A stretch of 63,939 bases of DNA, the filler included, from Sanchytrium tribonematis (Eukaryota): assembly GCA_018985235.1 (NCBI GenBank). It is 21 parts of 21 records of this genome, joined end to end, with 100 filler letters (N's around TTAATTAATTAA, not from the genome) between each part and the next. Parts side by side here need not be neighbours in the genome. Positions count along the whole stretch, not along the records: positions 1,589 to 18,838 come from JADGIG010000125.1; positions 18,939 to 20,422 come from JADGIG010001269.1; positions 20,523 to 22,005 come from JADGIG010001270.1; 18 more parts are not named here. One strand, 5' to 3'. The position numbers and the translations under genes were made by a program. The notes under the pieces were generated by a model, which did no database searches, was not told the DNA's origin, and saw only the letters and a program-made list of their open reading frames with translations. Of this stretch, positions 10,947 through 21,423 are shown piece after piece. Within the stretch, counting starts at the first letter, position 1. Each line of letters opens with the position of its first letter.

Positions 10947-11110
10947 AAAATAAATATTCATAGATATATGCGAAACTGATTATTTGCGTAATAATCAAAG
11001 TTTGAAGACGTGAAATCATGGATTGGGCCACTAATGACGAGATTTCGCCAAAAGTTACGTGATTCAACCAATAGATAAAATATAAATTCCATGACTGGTT
11101 ACATTGATTT

Positions 11111-11935
11111 ATGCTTCTTACTGTATACCTAATCTGTTTTTGTGTAGATATCAGGGATCATGATTTAGGAGCTGACAAATCAAATGCAATAATGGATGTG
11201 GCAAATGTAAATACGACATCCGGTCTAACTAACGGAACGCTGTATGAATCAATTAAACACTCTACAGCTGCAGAAGTTGCAGTATCCGCCGGGGCATCCT
11301 GGTCGATTTGGAAAATACTAGGCACTCTAGCAAAAACGCAAGGTGCAATGATGTTGAATTATGTTTTAAATGAATTCCCAGTTTTTGAACAATTTCTTCA
11401 CGAAATCACCGAGAAAAAAGATCCCGATTATTTTTACGAAATATTTCTGGATGAGTTGAATGTAATATTGAAAGATAGAACTGACAATCAAATTCAGTTG
11501 CCAGATTCCCATGCTCTTAAAACATGGATTCAGGAAACAGAAGAAGGTACAGAATTTGCTGTTAATGCAATCTTAAAGAAGTTTGGTAAAGAAATGAATG
11601 CAAAAGGGTCACAGGAAGGACTTAATGAATTGCAAAAGGTACATCAGAAATTGAATATTGATGTCAAACGAATTGCGGATCATCATGTAACCTATTTCAA
11701 GCAATTGCCTGATCAGACTGCCCTACAATTTTCTGACGTTGTGAATGTAAAATTAAGAAGTCTAAAAAAACCCTTTTGGAGGAGAATGGCAGATAGCTGG
11801 AAAAAGGTATCAAAACGAAATAAGATATTGTCATTAGCTGGGTCAATAGTTGGCGGTGCTCTCATTGCCTTTTTGCTAACTAAACATTTCAATCATCACT
11901 CCAAAGATAGAAAACAAATTTCAGGGCTGCAATAA
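11111..11935 (+). CDS. Hypothetical protein with short N-terminal hydrophobic segment and C-terminal TM
   Basis: 274-aa ORF; MLLTVYLICFC at the start and ILSLAGSIVGGALIAFLL near the end. Confidence 0.65.
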   Translation: MLLTVYLICFCVDIRDHDLGADKSNAIMDVANVNTTSGLTNGTLYESIKHSTAAEVAVSAGASWSIWKILGTLAKTQGAMMLNYVLNEFPVFEQFLHEITEKKDPDYFYEIFLDELNVILKDRTDNQIQLPDSHALKTWIQETEEGTEFAVNAILKKFGKEMNAKGSQEGLNELQKVHQKLNIDVKRIADHHVTYFKQLPDQTALQFSDVVNVKLRSLKKPFWRRMADSWKKVSKRNKILSLAGSIVGGALIAFLLTKHFNHHSKDRKQISGLQ

Positions 11936-12003
11936 ATTGTTTGTCAAATACTTTGTGAATACTGTGGCGAAGGGATATTCCAAGCCCAACCCCTCACCCC
12001 TTC

Positions 12004-12486
12004 ATGTTTGGTTGTCACTGGGCAAACTGCAAAAAAATCTGCCATACAGATCTGGCCTTGTATCATCATGTTATCTACTTTCACGTGCCACAATTTGAGC
12101 GATATTCCATTTTGCGATGTGACTGGAAAAAATGTTATTGCTATTTTAAAACAAGAGCAGAATTGATAAGTCATATCAAATGTCACTTGAGGCGTCCTAC
12201 ATTTAGGTGTGTAGAATGTGGGAAATGGTTTAACAGTAAAAATGAATTCTCAAGACATAAGGCCTTTCATGGCCATTTGAGAACAGAAAATTATACCGAG
12301 GCACCAATTCAGTTGCCCTTTCAACCCGTAAAAGCGGTAGTAATGGAATGGCCTGTTAGTGAGACTTTGCCAACTACAAAAAATGATGTGCTATTATATC
12401 CAAAAATACCTGAATTTGAAAACACTTTATCCAAATTAAGATTGACGCTCAATATATATATTAGAAGAGCTGTAATTACAAAATAA
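12004..12486 (+). CDS. C2H2 zinc-finger transcription factor (PacC/GLI-like Trp-containing fingers)
   Basis: Three fingers: CHWANC...H...H, CDWKKC...HIKCH and CVEC...HKAFH. Confidence 0.8.
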   Translation: MFGCHWANCKKICHTDLALYHHVIYFHVPQFERYSILRCDWKKCYCYFKTRAELISHIKCHLRRPTFRCVECGKWFNSKNEFSRHKAFHGHLRTENYTEAPIQLPFQPVKAVVMEWPVSETLPTTKNDVLLYPKIPEFENTLSKLRLTLNIYIRRAVITK

Positions 12487-12530
12487 ATTAAATTCTTATG
12501 AAAACAAGTTTTTCTGAAAATTAGCCCCGT

Positions 12531-13357
12531 ATGTTTGCAAGAAGTTTGGCTGTAGTCATTCCCACTGCTGGTGTCCTGTTTGCGTATAAAAAGGCAGATG
12601 CAGCTATAGAAGATGACGGACTTCATCCGACCACTTTTCCATGGTCCCATAAAGGCCCTTTGAGTGGATTTGATCATTTTTCAATAAGACGTGGATTTCA
12701 AGTGTATCAAGAAGTTTGTTCTAGTTGCCATTCATTAGAAAGACTCGCATTCCGTAATTTAGTAGGAGTTTCTCACACCTTAGAGGAAGCAAAAGGATTG
12801 GCTGAAGCAATCGAGGTCGAAGACGGTCCAAATGATGAAGGTGAAATGTATATGAGACCAGGAAAACTCAGCGACTATATTCCAAGTCCTTATCCTAATG
12901 AACAAGCTGCCAGAGCTGCCAATGCTGGTGCTTACCCTCCAGATTTATCTTTAATTGTAAAAGCTAGACATGGTGGTGAAAATTATGTATACTCACTTCT
13001 AACTGGATATAATGATCCACCCGCTGGTGTGGAGGTGCGAGAGGGTCTCCACTATAATCCTTACTTCCCCGGTGGAGCCATTGGTATGGCACAAAATATT
13101 TATGATGAGGTAGTCGAATTTGAGGATGGTATTTATTAATTTATGAAGGAACTCCTGCCTCGGCTTCTCAAATTGCCAAAGATGTGGTCACTTTTCTTGC
13201 TTGGGCTAGTGAACCGGAATTAGAAGAAAGAAAGCGACTAGGTTTGAAAGCACTTGTACTTTTTGCTGGATTATCTGCAGCGTCCTTATACATGAAAAGA
13301 CATAAGTGGTCGTATTTGAAATCTCGTGTAATACTTCCACCAAAAATTAAAAAGTAA
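12531..13357 (+). CDS. CYT1: Cytochrome c1, two exons (12531-13128, 13149-13357)
   Basis: CSSCH haem motif and PPDLSLI. Removing the intron gives [38 protein letters not shown], a TM and [11 protein letters not shown]. Confidence 0.95.
13129..13148 (+). other. 20-nt spliceosomal intron (GTATTTATTAATTTATGAAG)
   Basis: GT...AG ends, an in-frame TAA inside, and removal exactly restores the conserved EDGTPA of cytochrome c1. Confidence 0.88.
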
Positions 13358-13361
13358 ATTT

Positions 13362-13814
13362 TTATTTTCCTTCTGGATCTTTCAACAAGGGTAAAAGTTT
13401 CTTCTTGGTCATAGACTCCACTTGTCGAACAACAAATTTGTTTCTTCCTTTATAAGGAAAAAACATTCTGCTTGGATGCCTAAAATTCTCAAAAAATGGT
13501 CTCATTTCATACGCTTGAATGTCAGTATGTTTGATGTCTGGCGTGAAGCTCGGTAGATCTATGTCTTCTGTCAAAGTAACAATGGCTTTCTTATATCTTT
13601 TTCTGTCCCTTCGTGATCGATCCTTATTTATATGCATTATCATTGTATTTACTTTCAAACAATCAATTTCATAAATTTGCTTCAAGTAGTCCTTGATATC
13701 TAGCTTATTAAAATGAAGAGGAACCATGAATTGTGCCTCATTTTTCGCTTTGGTGCTATTTAAAACTAGTCTAAATATCGCAGAAGGAAAGAAAACTTTT
13801 CGTTGTGAATTCAT
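13362..13814 (-). CDS. MRP20: Mitochondrial ribosomal protein uL23m
   Basis: VFFP, F.VPL.FNKLDIKDYL..IY...KVNT and YKKAIVTL. Confidence 0.85.
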   Translation of the reverse strand: MNSQRKVFFPSAIFRLVLNSTKAKNEAQFMVPLHFNKLDIKDYLKQIYEIDCLKVNTMIMHINKDRSRRDRKRYKKAIVTLTEDIDLPSFTPDIKHTDIQAYEMRPFFENFRHPSRMFFPYKGRNKFVVRQVESMTKKKLLPLLKDPEGK

Positions 13815-13836
13815 CTAACAAGGGATTTCCAAAAAA

Positions 13837-14775
13837 ATGCAAGCTTCATGGGATTTGGACTCGTTTGCAATGGTAGATGAACTGATAGAAACTCCAGTTA
13901 AACAAGGTCATCCCGAGAATCAACCTAGAATTTTGCCATATTATGATGATAGCGAAGCTGATGAAAACTTTAGCCCTGTAAAATGTTCAAAGTCAAGAAT
14001 GACCGAGAAGAATGATATTTTAGAACGCTTGATGAATCAGGAGCACAAAAAGCAGACTCTTATATCTCAACACCATAATATAAGTGAAAAATTGCTTGAA
14101 AGGAGTCGGTCGAAAGAGAGTAGCCCGACAAAATTTGCAGGTGCAGCTTATAAAAGGCCATCTGAATATCCAGTCGATAAAAAACTGAATTCTCAAATAC
14201 CTGTAAAGAAATTTTTGCAAAATCTCAATTACACTCCTATACCAGAAAAGAATTTTAAAAATGAACCTAATCAATTGCTTATTCAAAAGCCTCCAATTAT
14301 AAAAAGTGACTCAAAATATAATGATTGGAAAAGTGATGAAGGAGATTCAAATATAGAATTAAAAATTGATCCTTCAACTCAAGACCTTGTTCAAAATCAT
14401 GTGAAGAAATCTATGGATGAATCAGTGCAAGTAGAGATTCACAAAGATCAATTAGAGCTTGTTCAAAGTGTTAGTGTTGGAATTCAGTTTAGTACTGAAA
14501 TGACGAGTATATCTGTACAGGCTGGCGAATTCAAACCTAAACCTTTGATTGTAAATATGGGGACTCAAACAAATTTAGATTATTTTGATCCACTTCTCTC
14601 CTTGTCGAAATTATCCATAAAAGAAGAATTGGAAAAACCAGCCGTGCCTATGGAAAAACTTAAGAAACCAAATTCGGACAATTTGTTGAAAAACATTACC
14701 ACTAAGAAAATACCCAACTATAAACAAATGCTACTTCAGAGATTCATTAAGGATGTACATAAGCTAATGGATTAA
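13837..14775 (+). CDS. Hypothetical low-complexity protein
   Basis: 312-aa ORF with several S/T-x-x-x-Q segments (SVGIQ, SISVQ, NMGTQT); family not recognised. Confidence 0.65.
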   Translation: MQASWDLDSFAMVDELIETPVKQGHPENQPRILPYYDDSEADENFSPVKCSKSRMTEKNDILERLMNQEHKKQTLISQHHNISEKLLERSRSKESSPTKFAGAAYKRPSEYPVDKKLNSQIPVKKFLQNLNYTPIPEKNFKNEPNQLLIQKPPIIKSDSKYNDWKSDEGDSNIELKIDPSTQDLVQNHVKKSMDESVQVEIHKDQLELVQSVSVGIQFSTEMTSISVQAGEFKPKPLIVNMGTQTNLDYFDPLLSLSKLSIKEELEKPAVPMEKLKKPNSDNLLKNITTKKIPNYKQMLLQRFIKDVHKLMD

Positions 14776-14818
14776 TAAATACTTGTTCCTGACTTGTGTA
14801 ATTCCAAACACTCCTTTG

Positions 14819-15787
14819 ATGGACTTGCCCAACTTAATTTTGCATGATATTGGTTTAAAAGAGTGCCTAGATCAATTGCTAGATGCACCTGAGGGACAAA
14901 TTGCTTCCTTTTTGACTTACACTGCTATCAAGCCATTGAAATTAGACAATATGATAGCATGCTCCAAATTTATGATTGAAAAAGCTTCAAAGATCAGCCT
15001 TCCAAACGGGGTTGACTTAGTGGGTACCGGAGGTGATGGACACTCTACAATTAATGTCTCAACAATAAGTGCATTAATTGCAGCTTCCATGGGAGTGAAA
15101 ATGGCAAAGCATGGAAATAGGTCTGCGTCTTCTAAATGTGGAAGTGCTGACTTTCTAGAGCATTTAGGGTATGATCTACTAAAATCTGATGAGGAAATTC
15201 GGTTGAATTTTGAAAAGTATAATTTTGCATTTCTTTATGCACCAAAATACCACTCGTCTATGAAAAAGTTAAAATCCATTAGAAAAGAGCTTGGATTTCC
15301 CACGATTTTCAATCTCATGGGACCCTTAACAAATCCGAGTTTGCCTAAAAAAGCTGTAGTTGGTGTGGCAAAACCAGAATGGGGCCAGCTAATGGCAGAA
15401 TGTTTAATTGCCCAAAATTACGAGCGAGCAATGGTTGTTTGCGGGTTTGAGTGCTTGGACGAGATTTCACCATGTGGTAAAACACACTCTTGGCTAGTCG
15501 AAAATGGTAACTTTAAGTATTTAATATTGGAACCGTCTTTATTTGGATTGGCGCCACATTTATTGGAAGACATTAAAGGAGGTGATGCTTCATACAATGG
15601 AAATATATTTAATACTCTTGTGAACAACTGCGATGATATTCCAGCAATTAGGGACGTTATTTGCATAAATGTAGCGGCATTATTATGGGTAGATAGAGGA
15701 ACAGAATTTAAAGCTGGCATAGAATTGGCAAAAGCTCATTTAATTAGTGCAAATTTAAAAGATTTCTTAAAAAATATCTTAAAGTAG
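14819..15787 (+). CDS. TRP4: Anthranilate phosphoribosyltransferase
   Basis: DLVGTGGDG, NVST, KHGNRSASSKCGSAD, TIFNLMGPLTNP and LDEISP. Confidence 0.95.
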   Translation: MDLPNLILHDIGLKECLDQLLDAPEGQIASFLTYTAIKPLKLDNMIACSKFMIEKASKISLPNGVDLVGTGGDGHSTINVSTISALIAASMGVKMAKHGNRSASSKCGSADFLEHLGYDLLKSDEEIRLNFEKYNFAFLYAPKYHSSMKKLKSIRKELGFPTIFNLMGPLTNPSLPKKAVVGVAKPEWGQLMAECLIAQNYERAMVVCGFECLDEISPCGKTHSWLVENGNFKYLILEPSLFGLAPHLLEDIKGGDASYNGNIFNTLVNNCDDIPAIRDVICINVAALLWVDRGTEFKAGIELAKAHLISANLKDFLKNILK

Positions 15788-15789
15788 TG

Positions 15790-16716
15790 CTAAATTCGCA
15801 GCGATGATATAAATTGGTTGCAGCAGAGTTGCTTTTGATCGTCAATTCTCTCTCGCCAATTTCCAGCACTGGAAAATAAATGTGTCAATAAATCTAGATA
15901 TCTGGGATTCTGGATTGTCAAAATTTCGCTATTTTCAATGACAAACGGAATAGTGGACCCTCGTTCAAAATCAAATGTAAAATTACAAAAAGTTTTCTTT
16001 GGTAATTTTTTTTGCAAGTCCCTATCTAAACCAACAAAACTAATAAAATCATGCATTCTATCAGATGTGAGTTTTTTCTTAGCTATCCAAAAGATAGTTT
16101 GGTAATTCATAATTTCGAGGCAATTGTTAATTTTTATAAATACATTTTTCAGCTCGTCTACAAAATTTGTATTTAATTTAAAAAGCTCCATATGTTCAAT
16201 CGGCACAATCAATCCATGCGATTCAGAGATAGGTCCTTTCGCAGCGGTTATATACACAGAATTTAAAACATGAGTAACTAATGAGGTATCAAACCCACTT
16301 GAAGACATACAAAACCAGCATTCAAACTTTTTTCGCTTTGGCAACCGATTTTTTTGGACCGGCTTAGAATTCAGAGGGGAAAGAAGCTCCATGGCGTATA
16401 TATCAGGAAGATCTTGGTAATTATCCGGCAAAAAAACCTGATATTGTTCATTTTCTGCAACTGATATAATTTTTGTAAACACTTTCTTAATTGGGTAGAA
16501 TAAAAATGCATCTGAAATTTGTTGATGGTAGTGCCAATTGTCATTTTTCCAAACAAGAAAGCCATTTTGAAAAATGTCCTGAACTTTTGTTTGCAAACCA
16601 ATTTTGAAGACAAAACGTTTTACCAAAGTCTTTTTACAGCCGTCTAACTCGATGCCTTCGACTTCGCTTGAAATTACCAATTGATTGTCGACATTTTTAA
16701 CTACGACTTTTTGCAT
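15790..16716 (-). CDS. Cwf19-like (CWF19L1/Drn1) protein with CwfJ C-terminal HIT-like domain
   Basis: CWFCMSS...YITAAKGPI...HGLIVPIEH and a terminal WRE motif. Confidence 0.75.
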   Translation of the reverse strand: MQKVVVKNVDNQLVISSEVEGIELDGCKKTLVKRFVFKIGLQTKVQDIFQNGFLVWKNDNWHYHQQISDAFLFYPIKKVFTKIISVAENEQYQVFLPDNYQDLPDIYAMELLSPLNSKPVQKNRLPKRKKFECWFCMSSSGFDTSLVTHVLNSVYITAAKGPISESHGLIVPIEHMELFKLNTNFVDELKNVFIKINNCLEIMNYQTIFWIAKKKLTSDRMHDFISFVGLDRDLQKKLPKKTFCNFTFDFERGSTIPFVIENSEILTIQNPRYLDLLTHLFSSAGNWRERIDDQKQLCCNQFISSLRI

Positions 16717-16741
16717 GGTTTCTAAAAAATTCCAAAATTTA

Positions 16742-18622
16742 TTAAGTCAACTTTTTTTTACGATAAAACCTAGTTTCTTCAGGATCAAACCCTTTTTCAA
16801 CACTACCATATACAGCCCAATCAGGTGTTTCCTGCATATAGTCGGTGCTTGTGAAAGTATTTCCGGATTTCAATAGCCGATGAAATTGGTCAAAATCAAT
16901 CCAAGTGTGCCACTTGTTATTTATCTTAAATTTAGTGTTACTGATTAGAACACAGCAAGAATGCTCATGCTCGCAAGAGATCTCGTATGTATGTCCAAAT
17001 TTTTCATTAAAAGCTTTCACGAGAATTGTACAAAATCTCACAACTTCCACATGATATGGAACATTTTTCATTGTGAGACTGGAAGCTTCCGAATTGCCAC
17101 AATATGTGACACCCTTGACCTCAATAAAATCTGGTACTCCAATCTTTAATAAATCGACATATTCTTCAATCTCGCTCATATTGAATTCTTTAACAAGTGT
17201 CAGTCTATAAACAGTTCTTTGACCCTTACTTTTTAAAAACTCCAAACTGGACAAGAATCTTTCCCAAAAATCACCAAATAAAGGCCTGTCAACCTCTTTA
17301 AGGGAATCCTTGGTAGAAGCATCAATAGAAACATACAATTGCGTCACTGGTTTCAAATCGCGAATGGCCTCAGGAAATTGAGCGTTGGTAACTAAAAATG
17401 ACGATATTTGCTGTTTGTGCAGCAAGTCTAAGAACTCGTTGATTTTCGGATACATAATTGGCTCTCCTACAAGACTTAATGCACAATGTCGCACAGTTTT
17501 AGCTTCCTCAAACCGCTCTGGAATAACCCCCGGCATGCCTTTTAGCTGCTTAATCATCTGCTGGTGGTTTGCAATAGCACCATCAATTATTTCTTCCGGC
17601 TCATTCATTTGCCATCTCCAACTCGTTCCGACGGGGTTGCTATGATGTCTCCAACAAAACACACATTTGTTCGCACAGGCTAAGGAGGGAGTAGTTTCCA
17701 TGCATAGATGCGATGCAATATTATAAAAAGTGTGCTTATAACATCCACCCCGTCCCCGCAGCATCGATTTAGTCCATCGACAGATTTTCACGCCTGAATG
17801 AGATCCAATTATTTTGTAGCCTTGCTTCGTAAGAGATTTATGAAGCAGTGGGGTGACCATTGGCTTAGCTGGATCTTGTGAGACAATATCAGTCGATCTT
17901 GAATCAACTATTGTGTTTTGATTTCTGTTTCTCAATTTGCTTTCAGTTATTTTTTCTGCCATACCAGACATTTCTTCAAGGTCAAGAATATCACCGTCGT
18001 TTTCACTGTCTGAATTATACATATCAATAGCTTCATCCTCCATTTTGTTTAAATAATTACAAATATTCTTAGACCACTTTTGAAAACTTTTTTCCATTTC
18101 ATTATTTCTGTCACCGCAAAGGAGTGGAGCGATACGAATAGCTCCCATTTGCTTCAATTCCTTGTCAACTTTTTTGCCAAACCTACAATAATTCAGTTTA
18201 TATTCTGAATCGCCTAACGCAAAAACTGAGTATTTCAGTTTAAACGCTTTACTTACTCTGAAGTCATCTACCACATCTTTCAACCATACAGAAAACCAAT
18301 CCGCGGTATCTGGAGCTAAACCGTCAGTCCAAGTCGAGAGTATAAACAAACAAATGGATTCCTCTTGAAAGAAGTCTTCTGTATCGTAATTGCTTATATC
18401 TATGATTTTCGAATTCGGAATTTGTTTCTGCAGATCTGCGGCCATCTGTTTAGAAGTTAATGTAGTTGTGGCATAAAATATTTTCACACTCTGAGATAAT
18501 GATTGCGAATCAACGATAGGATATTTTCTGGTTGTCTTTCGTTTATAGATGATCACAAACGCGAGAATTGCCATCAAAATTTGAATCCTATAGGTAGAGT
18601 ACAAAGTCAGTAAAAACTCCAT
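16742..18622 (-). CDS. TYW1: tRNA wybutosine synthesis protein 1 (flavodoxin plus radical SAM)
   Basis: N-terminal TM, a flavodoxin domain, GSHSGVKICRWTK, CANKCVFCWRH and HCALSLVGEP. Confidence 0.97.
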   Translation of the reverse strand: MEFLLTLYSTYRIQILMAILAFVIIYKRKTTRKYPIVDSQSLSQSVKIFYATTTLTSKQMAADLQKQIPNSKIIDISNYDTEDFFQEESICLFILSTWTDGLAPDTADWFSVWLKDVVDDFRVSKAFKLKYSVFALGDSEYKLNYCRFGKKVDKELKQMGAIRIAPLLCGDRNNEMEKSFQKWSKNICNYLNKMEDEAIDMYNSDSENDGDILDLEEMSGMAEKITESKLRNRNQNTIVDSRSTDIVSQDPAKPMVTPLLHKSLTKQGYKIIGSHSGVKICRWTKSMLRGRGGCYKHTFYNIASHLCMETTPSLACANKCVFCWRHHSNPVGTSWRWQMNEPEEIIDGAIANHQQMIKQLKGMPGVIPERFEEAKTVRHCALSLVGEPIMYPKINEFLDLLHKQQISSFLVTNAQFPEAIRDLKPVTQLYVSIDASTKDSLKEVDRPLFGDFWERFLSSLEFLKSKGQRTVYRLTLVKEFNMSEIEEYVDLLKIGVPDFIEVKGVTYCGNSEASSLTMKNVPYHVEVVRFCTILVKAFNEKFGHTYEISCEHEHSCCVLISNTKFKINNKWHTWIDFDQFHRLLKSGNTFTSTDYMQETPDWAVYGSVEKGFDPEETRFYRKKKLT

Positions 18623-18647
18623 GTTTGACACCTTTTTATTATTTTTG

Positions 18648-18797
18648 TTAATGATTCATATAACACAATTTAAATTCTTCGACTTCTTTTTTGCACTTCC
18701 TCCAGTCTTTGTGTTCATTGTAACATAATAATACATTTTCGTTCAATTTAAGACATGGACCATCTTCAATTTGATATTTTTCGGCATTTTGTATCAT
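18648..18797 (-). CDS. COA4: Twin CX9C mitochondrial protein, Coa4-like (49 aa)
   Basis: Own translation: ...GPCLKLNENVLLCYNEHKDWRKCKKEVEEFKLCYMNH, a CX9C-DWRKC-X9C pattern. Below the ORF-track cutoff. Confidence 0.75.
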   Translation of the reverse strand: MIQNAEKYQIEDGPCLKLNENVLLCYNEHKDWRKCKKEVEEFKLCYMNH

Positions 18798-18938
18798 AAG
18801 GAGAATTGCCAAAAAACGTGTTTTTTGGACAAATAACANNNNNNNNNNNNNNNNNNNNNNNNNNNNNNNNNNNNNNNNNNNNTTAATTAATTAANNNNNN
18901 NNNNNNNNNNNNNNNNNNNNNNNNNNNNNNNNNNNNNN

Positions 18939-20216
18939 ACTGGTATGTCAGATAATATTTGCTTTGAGCTTGACATTCATCATGGCTTTGTCAATGCCAT
19001 TTGGAATCTTCAAGGTGATTATAAGATAAACATACTTAAACTGTTTTTGAAAAGAAACTTGAAAGAAGATAAATTGAGAGATTTCATAATGCAGCATTTG
19101 GAGCACTATTTGAACAATCCTGAAGGTTTATTCTATCACCATGATATGTTAGAAACTATATATAAATATCAAAAAAAGCTTCAACATCAATTAATTACAA
19201 TTCTCAGTAAGCTCGGATGCAAAATTATTTATGCAGATTTTCACGTAATGTGGATTGACACTCAAAAGGTTAATGAAACAACGGCGCTTAATTTTATCAA
19301 ATTTATAGGAAACACAGTCAAGCAAGTTCAATTATTCAAATTAATGGACATTAAGGTGTCCCAAATTTGGTCAAAATTGTTATTTGTAAACAAAAATAAT
19401 TATGTTGGGAAAAATGTGGATGACGAAATGGCTTACAAAGTGGATTTGTTTTATTATCTACCAAATGATTTAAGAGAGAATATGCAATCTATTTTGCTAG
19501 AAATGTTGCATCAAATATTTAGTGAACGACTGCACGATGAAAATCAATATAAAAAGGCATTTAGAAAACATTCCGAGTACAACTTTATATCTACACTTAG
19601 AGCCGTTCACAAGCAAGTTGAAACTGCATACACAAAAAAGTTTCCAAACATTTTGAGAAATGCTCCACCAAATGAATTCGCAATCGTAGAAATCTTAAGG
19701 GTATTTTTGCCCTTTATAAAAGCAATTAAAGGCGGCGATATGATAGCAGAAGATGTCATGCAACAAGTACAATTGCTAGAAATTGGCTCAATTAAATTTT
19801 ACCAATTTCAAAAGCCATTGGGATTTGATTTAGTATTAAAGGTATTTTGTAAAACCTGTTCAACTCATATCGATTTAGATTTTCAAAGATTAATTAAGTA
19901 CTATATGAATGGGGAAACTCACAGATTTCTTATGTGTCCAGCATGCGGTGATGTGCTACAAAAATCAATGGTGGAAAATTATTTGAGCGACTTTTTAACC
20001 AGAGAAATTCAAAATATGATGAGTACAGACATTTACTGCAATCTTTGCAACAGAATTATGGCTGGATACATCAATGAAAATTGCACATGCACTGGATCAT
20101 ACTCAAAACAAGAAAAGAGGAGCAATTTACTGGGCATACTAAGAGATATTACCGCAATATTGAAACTTCCCATTCTTTCTAAAAAAATTCTTACTTTTAC
20201 GGAGTTGGAAGAATAA
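18939..20216 (+). CDS. POL2: DNA polymerase epsilon catalytic subunit, C-terminal part
   Basis: IIYADF motif, CysA (CKTC...CPAC) and CysB (CNLC...CTC) metal-binding motifs; 5'-partial. Confidence 0.8.
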   Translation, partial: TGMSDNICFELDIHHGFVNAIWNLQGDYKINILKLFLKRNLKEDKLRDFIMQHLEHYLNNPEGLFYHHDMLETIYKYQKKLQHQLITILSKLGCKIIYADFHVMWIDTQKVNETTALNFIKFIGNTVKQVQLFKLMDIKVSQIWSKLLFVNKNNYVGKNVDDEMAYKVDLFYYLPNDLRENMQSILLEMLHQIFSERLHDENQYKKAFRKHSEYNFISTLRAVHKQVETAYTKKFPNILRNAPPNEFAIVEILRVFLPFIKAIKGGDMIAEDVMQQVQLLEIGSIKFYQFQKPLGFDLVLKVFCKTCSTHIDLDFQRLIKYYMNGETHRFLMCPACGDVLQKSMVENYLSDFLTREIQNMMSTDIYCNLCNRIMAGYINENCTCTGSYSKQEKRSNLLGILRDITAILKLPILSKKILTFTELEE

Positions 20217-20225
20217 ATTTTTCCA

Positions 20226-20422
20226 TCATTTTGGGCCAGGAATATTGAAGCAAACATCTCTTCCTTTGTAGGTTTTTGGAAATGCAATCACTTCTTGAAT
20301 ATTCGACTCTCCGCAGATAATAGAAACTAGTCTATCAAATCCCAACGCTATACCACCATGAGGCGGAGCACCACTTTTAAGACCATTTAACAAGTGCCCA
20401 AATTGATGAATTTGAGTCTCGG
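20226..20422 (-). CDS. MSD1: Mitochondrial aspartyl-tRNA synthetase, C-terminal fragment
   Basis: Own translation: [26 protein letters not shown]...[10 protein letters not shown] (class II motif 3, bacterial-type AspRS). Confidence 0.9.
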
Positions 20423-20522
20423 NNNNNNNNNNNNNNNNNNNNNNNNNNNNNNNNNNNNNNNNNNNNTTAATTAATTAANNNNNNNNNNNNNNNNNNNNNN
20501 NNNNNNNNNNNNNNNNNNNNNN

Positions 20523-21209
20523 CATTTGGCATATCTTGAATAATTGATCTAATTCACTATTACCTGGGAATAATGGTTTTTTAATTATCATTTCTGCTAA
20601 AATGACCCCTAAAGACCATAAATCAACCGGGGAAGAATATCGTGGATATTTGACTAATAATTCAGGTGCTCTGTACCATCTAGTGGCTACATATTCTGTA
20701 TAAGGGGGTCTACTTCTAATTTCTCTAGCTAATCCAAAATCAGCCAATTTGACGACATAATTTGAATTTTCAAAACAAAATAAAATATTTTCTGGTTTGA
20801 TGTCTCTGTGGAAATATCCGTGTCTATGAGCATATCCAATACCTAACAATAGTTGTAACATGATAGATTGCATCTGAACAGGTGTTAAAAGTGGAATAAT
20901 TTGACATAAATTATACTCACAAAAATCAAATACGAGGTATAATTCTAAATGTTCCCGCATGACTTCGCGTAATTTGATAATATTGACATGATTGAGTATT
21001 TTTAATGCTTTGACTTCCCTTAAATTGATACACTCATTCCAATTTTGATATTTCTTTTTTAATCTTTTAATGGCTACAAATGGGATATTTGAAGTCGATA
21101 TAGTCAATGATTGTGTAGATTGATACGATTCAATCAATTGTGCTTTTAATACGACTGCAAATGCGCCTTCACCAATCGTATTTAAGATTTTATAGTGAGA
21201 TAAAGACAT
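20523..21209 (-). CDS. MAK/ICK/Ime2 (RCK) family Ser/Thr kinase, 3'-partial
   Basis: W.EC.NLREVK.L, HRDIKPEN and DFGLAREIRSRPPYTEYVATRWYRAPE. Confidence 0.9.
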
Positions 21210-21423
21210 TTGGACGTGTTTCAAATGAAATTTATTAATTTTTTAAAAAGACCAAATATAAAATAGAAATGAGTATGAGGACTAGAAAAGAGCAGAATAT
21301 ACATGCAAATATCTTCAATTTTGAGTTTCTAGTTTGGTGATTTGATTTTAGACTGGATTGGGTAGACGACATGTGTGTTTTGAAAATAAAATTAAAGGAA
21401 ATTTTTAGATTTACAATTTTATT

